Translations under genes and position numbers: made by a program
Assembly: GCA_051362555.1 (NCBI GenBank)
Contig: CM120646.1
Location: 18,972,001 to 19,036,000, forward strand
Direction of reading: 5' to 3'
From: Lingula anatina
Taxonomy: Eukaryota > Animalia > Brachiopoda
DNA: 64,000 nt
Part shown: positions 50,301-64,000 of the stretch, piece after piece
Position numbering within the stretch: position 1 is the stretch's first letter
Layout: the number at the start of each line of letters is the position of its first letter
Notes under the pieces: generated by a model
The model's database searches: none
Told to the model about the DNA's origin: nothing
The model's input: only the letters and a program-made list of their open reading frames with translations

Positions 50301-53300
50301 ACGTTACTTGGCTTACATGGTCTTTTGGCTGATTTGACCGTTGTATTTATTATTGCCAAAGTTATGAAATATTTAGTTGATATTAAGGTTCATAATAAGA
50401 GAAAACCTGAATCACATTTCAGAGCTACTAGTACATCAATATAGCATCTCTGTGGAATACGTACACAGGCATGCGATGGGCATATTAAGCACAGTTAACT
50501 AATGAGGTCTCCACAATGGGTATGACATTGTAATCTACAAAATGTGCAAAATTGATCTCACCTAAGGCTAAACCATCAATTACATAACCATGTGAAGAAA
50601 ATTGAACTATTTCACTTAATATTTCTGTCAAAAACATACAGCACTGGAGAAAACATTGTTTTTAAAAATGGTGCTGTCTGGTGATATGTAGGTCTGCTTT
50701 CTATAGACGAATTTAGATACCCGTCTAATTATTTTACTTGCTGTCACTCAAATAAAGAGCGTAATCTTTGAACTACGTTATATGAGACCATGAGGTTAGG
50801 TCAGAGTAAGTTTCCGAGTGATTTAAACGTTAAAAGTTGGTGTTTTATTTCCCAGCATTTGACCGTCGTGAAAACATTATTGCACCCGGGCCTGGAGGGA
50901 TATTTCTATGAAAAGGTTTTATTAGGGAAATTTCACCCAGTCTTATGATACTGTGTGCAGGTCAATGCTGAATAGACAGCAGAAATAAATCGATTAATAG
51001 ATGAATAATTAAGATAAGATAAAAAGTGTGAATAAGCAGAATATGAATTTGACCTCCGAATATTACCACCAACACTGACGAAGGGCACACTGCCATTTTA
51101 GCCTTTTTGGTCTGGAAATAATCCAAGTAATACGCTACGTCTTTGCAGAAAAACATAAACGTTAACTGAGTCTGTGAGCAAAACGAATCCATTGCTCAAA
51201 ATATTTCGCGACCGTTTTTAGAGCTCAAAATATCCCACATTTTTGCTCGCAAGCATACGAACATATGAATAATTACACAGGGGTGTCTTAATGTTCTTGC
51301 TGAAGGAACGTTCTATGCCCGGGACTTCTACATATCTTTTTTCACAGCATGGTCGATGGAATACCCATTTCAGAAGACATTTCGAAAGCAAAGAGAAAAA
51401 GGAAAAGAACCAAAAATAGTGTGCGCCCTTTTCAACCGAGTAGCAGTTTATTCCCTTTGAGTCGTTTATAAGCGTGGTGTTAGTGTGATGAGTTGAAAAA
51501 CAGAGTGTATTGGATTCTTGCCTCAACACAAATAAAAACAGTATTCCTGCGAAGAAATACATATGTTACCGTTGAAATTAACATAATTTTTGTCAAATAA
51601 ATCATCTTATTCTTAATCCTTCGGTGAAACTCAGTAAAATGTATTCGTTTTTAAAGACACGTTTTTCTTTAAAGAATATGATACGTATGATTAGGTCTAT
51701 AATAATACTAATAGTATCTATTTTTTATTTTTTTATTTTTTTTGCAACTTATTAAAAAAACAGTTGGATTGTACAGTAAAATAAGATACTTCAAAATGAA
51801 AAAAAAAAAGAAAAATAACATGATCAATTTTAAGTGGAAAAATATAAACGTTTCAGTGAAAGTATGAGGTAAAAGGTATTAATGTGTCTCAAATGCACTG
51901 GGGTTCATAATGTGTTACTTAACCCATGCTGTTGTTTTTTAGTTGAAGGCCCTGCGCATAGACAACTCCCACCTACTTGAAGAGAACCATGAGTTGCAGG
52001 AGAGATTACAGGTAGGAAGCATGTGCTTAATTAGGCTGCTAAAATAGTGCGTCAGGTGTACGGTAGAACAGTAGTCAGACTGTAAAGCCTAAGCCCACAG
52101 GCGTGTTAACAGTGAAGATATGTCGACCCTTCTGATCTCGACTTTCCATTGTGAGCTTTCTGTTGAAACAGAGCTTACCGTCTGCAGTCAATTTAATTAA
52201 GCTGCTTGTCAAATTGAGACTCCTGCCATGTCCGCCACTGAGCGGTTAGTGGGGGAACAGAGGTGTTACATTTCAGAAGAATCGACCTATATTCAATGTA
52301 AACGCACCTTAAAATGATAAAATATTCTTAGCTTATTTGCTGGTAGATATGAGCGTGCTATTGTCAGACGCCCGTTTTATATGAATGATTAAACAGCCGC
52401 ACTGGTTGAAAGACAATTGTTTATTGCCACCCCGATGTTCAGAGGACACTGGAAACTCACCTTTTATTTCAACTTTGTCATACTACAAAGTGCAAAGGTT
52501 ATAGTGTCTTCTCACTCTTCTGGGCATTAGGGCGCTTATTGCAGACAAAAGTTTAAAAATGTAAAACTGGTGCATTTGCTCGCACATCCAAGAAAATGAT
52601 GGAGGCATTAGAGAGGTGGTCCACAAATCTGTTTCCCCAAAACAGGGACTTTGAGACTTAAGCAGGACCCATGTATGAAGGTGTGGTTGTATTTTTCTCA
52701 CTTTTTCTTTATTTTGCAGCATGAAAATGGCCAGCTCCAGTTCGATCTGCATGGTTGTCGGCAAGACAAAGAGCGACTGGAAAAGGAAAAGGCCTCCCTA
52801 GAGGACAACAAATCCCAGTTGATGAACAATGTATCTGGTCTGATTCGGCAGAACAACACTTTGCAGAAAGAGGCAAATGAATCAAAAGACGAATACCTGG
52901 AGCTAAAATCCAAATATGATGAAATAAAAAATAAACTGAATGAAGTACAGCGCGAGAAACAGGACCTGGAGACCTATGCCTCGCAGACGGAAGAGGCAAT
53001 TGCGCGGCTGTCGCATGACCGTGATAACCTCCAACGGCAAACGATGGAACTAGAAGAAGACATACGCACGATAAAGCTACACCAAAGTCAAAGTCAGGTC
53101 CAAGCAGTGCACGTGACTCAGAAGCAGGCCCAGCCTCACGTTCAGACGTCCACAGCATCAGCCCAGTTGGCGGACCTTGGCGCCAGATTCTCTAGAGAAA
53201 AGGCGAGACTTGAAGAGGAAATAGAGCATCTAAAGGAGGAACTTGCAGATCGTGATAGGTCTTCAATTAACAGACATCTGGAGTCAGCTGTTAACGATCT

Positions 53301-56300
53301 GACTTTGGAGAAAGAGCGTTTACAAAGAGAAAACAGCAGGCTTATGGATGAAAGGAGACAAAAGGAAAAACTCCTCGCCATCCCTAAACCTCCTCCGGCA
53401 GAGAGAGAAGACTCCGTAACTCGCGAACTAGAAGAACTGATTACAAGATTGACTGAGGAGAAAGACCGGCTTCAGCTAGAAAACCGCCAACTGATAGAGC
53501 ACCAGGAAACTAGCAGTGTCACCAAGATCAACATCAAACTTGAAGGAACTGTGACACAATTAATGGAGGAACGCCATCAACTCGAAGAAGAGAACCAGAG
53601 ACTGAGAGTAGAGTTGGAATCGGCTCAAGAGCTTACAGAAGAGACGCAGCTGTTGCGAGATGAGCTCGATAAAGCGCGAGTCAACGCGGAACAGTTCCAT
53701 GTGCAACTAGACCACCTTACGTCCCGGCTGGAGAAAGAACAAGCACAGGTCCTGCAAAGTAACCGCGAGCTCTCTGAGCAGTGCGAGAAACAGAAACATC
53801 GTGTAGCGGAATTAGAGTCAGAAATTGCGACCTTGACAGAAGGGAACGCACGGCTCAAGGATCAGAACGAAAGCTTAGAAGGACAAGTCCGTGAGATTTT
53901 AAGTCAACTCCAAGACACATCACAGAAAGATAAATCTGACGTTGTGCAACTGACAGAGACTGTTAGCCGTCTTACAGTTGAAAATAATGCATTACTAAAC
54001 GATAACCAGCAACTGCGAGACCATCATACATCCGAGGCAACTCAGTTCAAGGAGGAAATGGAAAAAATAAACAAAATGTATAAACTGCTAGAAAAGAACA
54101 AGGAGGATGAAATACACGACCTGCAGTCTCTTGTGAAATCCCAACAGGAAGAACGACAAGAATTGCTCAGTAAACTAGAAATTCAAGAAAAAGATGCAAT
54201 AAAAATGAGAGAGGATTACGACCTCCGTATTTTCCACTTACACACAGAGAAGATTCAACTAGAGGCTAGAATCGGCGATGCCGAAGAAAATCTGGCGTCT
54301 GTTAAAGCATCGGTGAGTGACACGCAGACTCAAACACCTCAGGAGCAGGAAGTGAAGGTTCATCGTGGAGTGGCTGAGGAGCATAAAGAAAGCATACATC
54401 AGCTGACTGCAGTGATAGATAAACTGAAGGAAGAGAGAGGACACCTCCAAAATCAAAATCGCGAATTAGAATGCAGAATCGACGAAATTAGCCTCTCGCT
54501 GAGCATAGAAAAGGATAGACGCATAGAAGATGATGATGAAACCAAGAGTCAGTTAGAAAAACAAGAAAAGGAGATCAGCAGTCTCAAAGAAGAAAACAGC
54601 AGCCTCAATAAACAGCTGTCAGAATTGAGAGAAATAGTTGATCAGCTTGAAGAGGGACTCCCGAAATTTATCGATTCTGCTGATTGCGCTCTCGAAAGTG
54701 AAGACATAAGAACGGAGGTTATACAATTGCGTGAGCAGCATCTAAGGTTGCTGCGCGTACTCAGCGAAAACAAGACAGGAATTCTACCCCTAATGCCAAA
54801 AGAGGCCACTGTTAAACAAAGCATACTGTCCGAAGAAGACAAAGCTGAGCTAGAGAGTCTGCGTTTAGAGGTGGTCGACTTGAGACGCCGTCTTAAAGAA
54901 AATCGAGATGAACAGATTTATGAAGAGCTACAAAGAGATGTTGGCACCGAAATGGACGCAGAAGTCCTACGAGTTGAGCAGGAAGTAACTGATCTTCGAT
55001 CCAAAATTTTGACAATGGAAAAGTCTTTAGAAGTAGCCAACGTTACTATTGCTGACGTCACTTCCCAGCTACAGAAGGCCAGTGACGAAGAGAATAAGCT
55101 AAAAGCTAATATCAGTGCATTAAATGAAGAAAATGAGAAATTAAAAGAGGAAAATATGCTATTACACCACCGGATAATGTCAGTACAGCAGACGACAGGT
55201 ACATCTCTGGAGCAGACGACAGATGGCGATACAGTCAAATTAATAGAAGAAAGACATCAGTTGGAAGAAAGCAATGTGCAACTCAGAAAAGAAATCGAAC
55301 TTCTTCAGACGACGTGTCCCGAGACGGAAGCGGCATTGGAAAAGAATATAGAAAAACTAAGAACAGAAAATGAGAATTTGAAGGAAAAATTAATGTGCCT
55401 GAATAAGGAATTAGAAGAGCGGGTGAAAGAACTTACTAACGAAAACTTTAATCTCCAAACAAAGCTCAAAGAAATCGACTCAAAGGACGAGACTTCAGGC
55501 AATGAAAGTTTGCAGACTATAAAACTTCTGGAGAATGAAAATGTTCAGATGAGGTTGGATCTTGAAGATGTCAAAGTAAAACTAGTCCGAGCTGAAGAGC
55601 ACCTGGCGAGCACTACCACTGAGTTGGACGAGTTAAAAAAGACATCGGAACAAGAGAAAGTTCAACTGCAGGAGAGATTTACAGACTTGCAAACCACTAA
55701 TATGAAGACAATACAGGACCTAACGGAGAGGCTTTCTGCCTCTATAGCAAAAGATAAGATGCAGATACAAGAGTCAGATCGCCAGGTAAGCGAAACACAG
55801 ACAGCAGACGTCCGTGAAGATGTTCAGACGCAGCAAACACAAACGATTCCTGCTCAGCAAAAGGAAGCGTTATGTCAAACTGTAGGCGAGTCTCACGTTG
55901 GAGAGAAATATGACGTCACTTTGGATCAACTCCGTAAAGCAAACAGCAGCTTGTCTGAGGAGAACACAGAACTAAAATTGCGCATAGCCGAAGCTGAGGC
56001 CAAATCACTGGTATCTAGCTGGACGCAGGATGCAGGAACAGTGAAGGAATTAACTGTGACCATTAATAATCTTACTATGGAAAAACAACGGCTGGAAGAT
56101 GAAAACAAAAAGCTTCAAAGACAGTTAGAACAAATCCCCACTGGTGGCGAAGAATCGGTTCAGGCTCACAGTGAAGTATACTTTGCAGCGCCTTGTGTTG
56201 TGGTAGAGGAGTTGGAGCAGCAAACGGATGATGTGGATAAAAACTTAGAGGAAGGAGAAGTAACTGCAGTTTCAAGTGGAGTGGCAGAAGCCGAGCCTGT

Positions 56301-59300
56301 TGGAAAATTAGATTTGAGTTTGTCTGAGGAGGAAATGAAGCAGACGACACAACATTCATCAGAGCAGCTCACTGACCAAACGACAGGGGACGCCGCAACT
56401 AGCAACGAAGACGAAAACGAAGAGCTAAGAACCACCAACGATAGACTAGCAGAAGCGAAAATGCGCCTGGAAAAAGAGAATGCCGATCTGAGATCACAAT
56501 TTGAGCATTTCAAATGCCACGCTGAAGAGCTGACGGAGCAGCTGCACAATTCGTTTGCCTTATTTGAAGCAGAAAAGGAGAGATTCTTCAGTGAGAAGCA
56601 ATCAATGACGACAGAGTACGAGCAAGTGATATCCGAACTTTCTAAAGAAAATTACGAACTAAAGCGTAAAAGAGCTGAACTTGTACACGATCTCAGCGAC
56701 AGTACGAAAGAGCTTGCAGATATGAACGCCCACTTGCAGGATGACAAGCAGCGCATACAGGGAGAGTACGACAAACTTGCAAAGAAATTCGAAGCACACG
56801 AGGCTCAAGCTATTCAGACTAAGAACCAAATGGAGATTTCGGTGGCAAGGATGATAAATCAGATAGAGGCCCTTGAAAAGAAAAACAAAGAGTTGACTGA
56901 TGGATTGAAGGCCGAAGATGAAGATGCCGTGAAATATCGCGCTGAACTTGAGGAGACTGCACGCAAGTTAAACGACGAAAGACTGAGGATAGACGCCATG
57001 CAAGGCGATAAAGCCCATCTCCTTGATATTATCAGACAGTTAGAAAGCAGTAATAAACAGCTGTCTGATCTGTTGAAGAAGTACTCTGGCGATGCAGCTG
57101 CCACCGATACACAGCTCAGGACTGCTGTGCTCGCGATGCAGGACGAGAAGACCCGCATTGATAATTTGGAGAAAGAGAAATTCCAGCTCATGGAAATAAT
57201 GGAACAGTACGAGGAACAGAGTGAGGTACTAATCAATAGTCTGAGGTCCGACAAAAAACGACTAAATGAGGAAAATGATGACCTTCGTAACGAACTGGAG
57301 GAGATGTACGCCCTTTTGAGAGGAGGGGAAAATGATGCCATTGACATTTTAGCAGAGAAAGAAGCTGAGATAGCAATTATTAAAGCTTGTCGGTCTATAG
57401 AGGACGAGGTTTTCAAGACGCATCTTGCACAAGAGGCCAAGGTGGCCAAGGAAAGGGCTGCAGCGATCGAACGACAAACTAATAAGCAAATAAAGGACCA
57501 GTATCAGTCTCAACTGGATGATCTTGAACGCGATGTCTTCAATAAGGATTTACGAAACCAGCAACTGGAGTTGTTACTCAGCAAAGTTGAAGAGGAACTT
57601 CAGATGGAGAAAGAAATCAACGAAGAGATTTGCAAAGAAATACAAAAACTTCAAGAAGTTAGCACAACTGGGGAAATTGAGCCCATAGTGGAGAGAATTA
57701 TGGTCAAGAAAACAATAGCACATTTGACCAAAGAAGAGCGAGGTGATTCACAAGACATCAGCACAACAGATGAAGATGAGGAAATTACTGCACCGGAAGT
57801 GACGCGAGAGGAACGTAAATCTATACGAGATATCATGAGTGGTCTCGAGACTTTGAAAGAGGAATCAGAAAACGTTGACGTTCATCGCCTGATGGAAGAG
57901 AACAGATTACTTGTGAAACGAATGACTGAGTTTCAAACACTCAGAGAAGAAAATGAACGACTGACGGAAGAGTTGCATACGTTGCGATCCGGTGGTTTAG
58001 AATTCGCAATATCACAGGAATTAGATTCTATTAAAAGAGACAATGAGCGTCTTATTCAAGAAATGGATATTTTGAGAGCTAATATGGAGGAGGCCAGTGA
58101 GGAGTCTGTATTGAGCATGCGCGCTGATGTGATGCGCGTAGATGACGTTCAGCAGGAGGCTATTCCTAGAGATGAGATTGAATTAAAAAAGAAGTATCAA
58201 GTGGAAGATCTGGAAAATAAACTCCAAGAATCTGAGTTTAGTAAACTGGGTTTGGAGCACGAATTAAAGAAATTAAAAGAGAAAACAGAAAATGAAAAAC
58301 ATGACTATGAACAAGAGCGAAACTCTTTAAACCAACAGATTACAGAATTGAGTATTCAAGTACATGAGCGGGAAATGTCTATAGCAATGTTGGGTCAACA
58401 AATTGAAAATCTGAGGGCAAGATCTGATGACACAGTGGAAACAGATCGCGCTGTTATACAAACAATAAGTCATGAAAACGAAATCCTCAAATCAAAGTTG
58501 TCTGAGTCGGTCAAATTGGTAGAAAACGAACGCAGACTCAAAGACGAAATAAACCAAATGCTGAAGGAAGAAAATGAAAAGAACATGAAATTAAACAAAG
58601 AAATGGTAGCGAGGAAAAATGAGCTTCAAAATATGTCACTGCAGTTAGCAAGCACTGACAAAGAATTGGAAACGATACAACTAATTGCCGAAAGGTTTGA
58701 AAAGACATATGCAAACGTTGAAGAGACAATAGGATCTTTACAGAATGAAAATATATCTCTAAAAAAGACAATAGAACAACTCAAAGAGCATCAACGTAAT
58801 TTAGACCAAGAACTTGACAGAATGAAGCAACAACAAGCTTCAGAGGCCTCAGTCGACAATGAACAGAATCGTGTTATGATTATTGAATTAGAACAAGAGA
58901 TAAGTAACTTACAAGGATATCTGGAAGATCGTAATAAACTCCATGAAACCTGCAAAGAACTTAAATGCCGTTTGGAATCTACAGAGCAAGAACTTGTCCA
59001 GACAAAAGAAACGAGTGAGAAGGAATGCCAAGATTTAAGGAACAAAATCAAAGAATTGACTGAACAGTCTGCTCATGCCCAGATAGAGCAAACACAAGCT
59101 GCCCACCTTTACGGAACGCAACACGAACACTTAGCTTTGCATGATCAAGTTCACAAAATAGAAAAATTAGAAAGAAGGGTAAAAGAAATGGAAGATATCA
59201 TTGATGACCTGGAAAGGGAAAATGATTTACTTCGCAAGGAAAAAACCGCCGAGGAAAGTGGCGTAACATTGAGAGAGTTGGTGGAAAGCGTTAGTGATAT

Positions 59301-61772
59301 GCCAGACGCGGAACCTCTTACCTCTGTAGAGCAAGTTAGGCGAGACAGTTTACGGGAACAAATCCAGTACGAGAAAGAATTCCAGAAGATGGATTCCAAG
59401 ATTCTGCAACTTCATCAGGAAAACGCCTCGTTACACGAAATATTACGTCAACAGGAGATAGAAATAGCTTCAGCAGATATTTCGAGCGACAGGGAAGTCT
59501 CGCGAGATTCTCCCGACGGAGAAAGGGAGGATCTGGAGAACAAAATTGCCGATCTCACATGCGAAACTAGTCTGCTGCAAGAAATGCTGAAACAGAAAGA
59601 AGAGCATTTTATGTTTGAACTGGAGGCATGCAACAGACAAAAAGTTGTTGAGACGAAGTGGCTGCAAGACAAGTGCGAAGCGTTGGAGGCAGACAGGTCC
59701 GAGCTGCAAGCGGAAATAATGCGACTTCAGGTGGAGCGAACTTTTGATGAAGACGCTGATAGCAATGAGAAAGAGCAACTCCAAATAAAAATCGATGAAC
59801 TTTTAAAAAAATCAACGGACCTGACAAGTGAATTGAACAAACGCGAGCAGGCCCACGCCCAGGAGATTCGTGACTTAAATATCCAGATGGAGAAGGCCAA
59901 GTCTCAGTTTGATACCACAGTGACAGCATTATCCAATGAAAATCGCGCTCTGCAGGAGAAGATCAAGGCAATTCAAGCTAAACCGGGAAAGAATGGAAAG
60001 GGTGGGAAGGGACGAGCGGACGACCAGGAAGTGATCGACCTCAAACGCCGCCTGGAGGCCGCAAAATCGCAGAAGGAAGATGTAGAGAAGAAATTTAAAG
60101 AATTGAAAGACAACGCCAAGGACCAGAAGAAGAAGGCAGTCGATGAAGTCCGCAAGGAACGCAGTAAGGAATTTGATAAAATGAAGTGAGTATATCTTTG
60201 TCATTGTATTAATTTTTACTACTTCACCTCAGCGTTTTGGAGCGAGGGGCAAAACACGTGTGTTGGGTGTGATAAGGCATAATGTGTCTACCTGACCTGA
60301 ATAATGCGAAGGCGTGAATGTTTTAACAATTTATCGTTTCAAATGATAAAAACAAATATTAGCTTTCAAGCGCAATCGTCACATTTAAAAACTGTGATCG
60401 TTTTTCTCTCTTTCCTCTTTTATTTATTCATTTACACTTGTCTTTAAAGAAAAGAATTGGCTCAAAGAGATGAACACATTGCTGGCCTGCAAACCGAAAT
60501 GGACGGGTTACGAACACGGATGGAAAGCCAGCAGCAACTTCTGGAGAACAAGTACAGCAGGTATTGGGATAACAGATTCGTGAACTCATCGAAAGGTGTA
60601 CACATTACATTTTGATATTCATTTTAAAGTTTTTAGTACAATACATCTGGTATTTTTTATTTCTAACCTAGCATTATATCTGCCCATATAAGCCGCGGTT
60701 ACTATTGATGTATACCCCTGTAGTGGTTGTGATTTAATTAGCATTGTTTATTCTTCCACATATGAAAATTTAAGTATGTCATAATTTTTCGGAGATGTTT
60801 ATTTATTTAGTTACTCTTCCATTTAATTTACTTTAAGTATCGTAGGCATATATTTCATGTTGGTAATTAAGTACAAGGCCTATATTAACATTTCAATCGC
60901 CCCCAGCATGAAATAAACAAGTCATTGTTATTGTTTTCTGGGAAAAAAAGGGACCATTTGAACCAAGAGCTGGAGAACCTCAGAGTGGACATGGAGAAGT
61001 CGTTCGCCTTTGAGATGGAGGCCAAACAGGAGGAGATTGAACTGTTACACAGGAAAGTTCAAAAGCTAGAGAGAGACAGTTCCGACAGCGAGAGGTCATC
61101 AGGAAGCTCCCGTGAAACCTCGCCCAGAAAGCATAGATCACCCAAAAGCCCTACCGCCTTGCCACCATCCAGCCCACTTCATCAACCACCGTCACCCAGC
61201 CGAATGCAGTGCTCGCCAAGCCCACCCATAGCCATACCAAGCCATCCACAGTGCCCTCCCAGTCCGCCGCAGAGCCCTCCCCGTCTCGCTAGCAGTCCTC
61301 CTGCAAGTCCTTCTTTAGAGCCATCCACCCAAGTCAAAGAGATAGAAGAGGAAAGACACGATGAGGCCTCAAAGGTAAAGCACGTTTGTTAAGTGTGCGT
61401 GATTTAAATCTAAATGTTTATTTTGTATTTAGATCAACGCTTGCTGTACATGTTTTGCAGATAATAAAGTAATACGTGCATGCTTGAAGAATGCATTGTA
61501 AAGGAGTTTACACGTACCTAACAAGTAAATTAACAGGTCTATTCGACCTTATTTAGATCTAGATATAAGAAGACAATCCTTCATCGCATAATTTATCTTT
61601 TTAGGCAGAGCCCCTTCAGTCTAGCAGCGGTTCAGATTCCGCGAACCACGATGGCAGTTACGGAGACGTTGACACGAAGGACGACGATCTTTCAGGGACT
61701 GCTGAAGGCTTTAGCGAGGTTAGGCGGAAACGCAGACGACGTAAGCGGAAGTCTACATCCTCACCAAAGTAA
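45137..61772 (+). CDS. Giant coiled-coil protein (~2,779 aa); exons 45137-45238, 51943-52011, 52720-60185, 60450-60560, 60951-61374, 61605-61772
   Basis: GT-AG introns with consistent phases (0,0,2,2,0) join into one frame. E/K/L/Q-rich heptads run over ~2,500 aa, followed by a Pro/Ser-rich region and a basic C-terminus. I recognise no ortholog-specific domain. Confidence 0.82.
47265..47312. repeat. (GA)n microsatellite
   Basis: Directly visible. Confidence 0.95.
48400..48447 (+). CDS. Alternative first coding exon of the giant coiled-coil gene (MSLFKFVRKRREIEDE)
   Basis: AAGATGT start and a phase-0 GTGAGT donor; the peptide is homologous to the end of exon 45137-45238 (MSLLQYLWKRRQILDE). 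Confidence 0.68.
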
Positions 61773-62622
61773 TGCCACTAAATGGGGAGACAGGGGAAAA
61801 GAGAAAAAAAACACACCACAAAACACTAAAAATACGTGAGGGGATCACTCCGTGGATGCATTTGAGGCTTGAGTAACGAGGAATATAAGGAATATTGAAA
61901 GGGTTGAAATAGTCAAAAAGTGTTGAGCGGAAATTATGAAGTGTTCATACTGTGAAATAATCATGTTGAGTAAATATTCTGAGGTTTTCGTAGATCGAGA
62001 GTCTGAATGTCATTTTTTCAAAAATTTGTGGATCGAAATGGACATGCGTTTTACTTTATTTCCAATACGATATCTGATGTTTTATACTGAATACGGATCC
62101 ATATATATATAAAATACGTTAGTATTTTGTTACTTTGGACCTTTATTATGTTGATATTATGTTTACCAAGGCAGTTGTAGTTCTTCGGTGATCCTTGATT
62201 TGATTCACAGTTATATTTCAACAATGGGAAATCATATTTAGCTCTTCAGTGATTTCGTGATGGGAAACGGTTTTAAAGAACTGGTTCCAGACCAGTGACT
62301 GAGCCAAAATAACCAGAAACACCACTGCAGATGAAAATTTGAACATAAAAAGGGTTCTGGATTCATCGATAGATGTGGCTGATACAGCGCACGGGTCTTA
62401 TCTGTCATCCAAACTGTAGATATAAATTCAGATGTTATGCATTCGCCTACTTAGCAAAGGAGTGTTCTCTGAATTTTGTAGCATACGGGAGTGGAGGATT
62501 CAACCCAGTACCGTTGCCAAATGGCCAGTCGAAATTGAACTGGTGTGCCCACGAAAGTATTGTACATTATTTTGCAGACTATTTTACGCAACGAGGTGTG
62601 TGTGTGTGTGTGTTTGTTTGTT

Positions 62623-62662
<40 letters not shown>

Positions 62663-64000
62663 TCTGTGTTTGCTTTTTTATAACGGATATCGCATGGGTC
62701 ATGTGAAGCTAAACTATCTAACTGGCCAGCAGAGAAAGTCGAGAAATAACATGTAGTCCTATGGGAAATCATGAGTCGGAATTTCGCCAAAATGTCATGG
62801 TACAGCCAACGACATCTCATTTTTAAATAATAAAAATTATATCAGAGAATCCTACATGCATAGGCCTATACTTTCACAAATCTGCTCAATGATTTTATAT
62901 CAGGTAAAAGTACGCAATTTTCTCCACTGCTCCGCTTCAGTACATATGCAGGAACTCGGGCATCGCCGTCTGTGTCCGAAACTGGTCAATCTAAGCTGCA
63001 GGTGACGGACCCGCAACCCTCTTATACAGGTGCAACATTAAAATAATATTTGGCTTAATACTGAAGTTCCACGGCCAAGAGAAACAATTTACTCATTATT
63101 TCTATGCATTATGGCCAGTTAAAACAGTGCTGATTTTTAATGATTATTCTATGTCCGTGTGAAGTGCCTTATTACAGATATATAAATTTATGTTAAATGT
63201 TAAATAGTGCAAAAGCAGCTAATGTGATTCTTGTGTATATACAAATCTGAAATGAGTGTTGTGTACAATGTTCCAAGCACATGATAACGCCTACAGTTTT
63301 AATAACACCCCATCAAAAGTTTTGGTTTGTGCACCGTAAGTCGTTGATTATTACCAAAGACAGGCTTTTCTCTACCCCCGGTAATGCTTTCCTTATGTCG
63401 AAAATTGAAAAAAAAAAACACGCCCATGCCTGTTTGGTTGTATCATTGTCTACTGTGAATGTTGTCCTTTTTAGTCCTATTCTTAATTTAACATGTTTTT
63501 TGCTGTATATAATTATGTATTGATTTTGTACTCACGTTACAATTGTACGGAAGGAGTAAAAAGTAAGAGTTCCTTTTTGCGCTACGTTTAAATGATATCA
63601 TGCTATGTTTTAAAATCAGTGATATAAGTGAAACATTTGCAGTGGTTGAATAAACCATTTCTAGTAATTGTTGTCGATGTTGTCACTTACATGTGGAAAA
63701 AATACATGACAAATTCAAATCCCATCCAATTGTTATTTATTTTCCTTCAGAAACCGATAACTGATGTGCTACTGGTAATACCACACCTAATCATATTGCA
63801 CATTCACATGAAGCCGTCCACCTAACTAAACGCCGTGCGAGTGGCTTGCAGTGTGGTTTTGGCACCGACAACCTGGCGAAAATTTCAGGTTCACGTACGA
63901 TACTGCTGTTGTGTGGCAAAAACCATCAGTCCATACATGAAAAAAATGCACGTTATTAAAATTTAAACAGAAAAATATAAATATAGGTGCAAGTCAGTCA

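Noticed and set aside
52651-52719. ORF-track N-terminus of the 2512-aa ORF
   Set aside because: It is intronic polypyrimidine tract; the exon starts after TTTTGCAG at 52720.
52698-60204. Numerous minus-strand ORFs rich in S/F/L
   Set aside because: They are antisense shadows of the E/K/Q-rich giant exon.

Overview
AT-rich eukaryotic (animal) genomic DNA with spliced genes; a marine invertebrate such as a mollusc is my inference from the gene and repeat content. The left half (~1-34.5 kb) is a tandem segmental duplication: unit A ~1420-13343 and unit B ~15655-31810. Each unit carries an intact 3-exon, ~973-aa class-B/adhesion-like GPCR with a somatomedin-B-like Cys-rich ectodomain, plus a decayed full-length Tc1 transposon. 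Interleaved are members of an uncharacterised 5-exon secreted-protein family: one intact gene at 31441-34448 and four pseudogene remnants. Unit-specific insertions are two solo LTRs, a TIR element, a second Tc1 fragment, and a very young ~3-kb non-coding element with the split-direct-repeat layout of Ngaro/PAT tyrosine-recombinase retrotransposons. The right half holds a tRNA-Val(AAC), several MITEs, a 5-exon DUSP22-like phosphatase on the minus strand, and a ~2,780-aa coiled-coil protein gene with a 7,466-nt exon and two homologous alternative first exons. All gene models were assembled by hand from GT-AG sites with phase checks; no database searches were possible.
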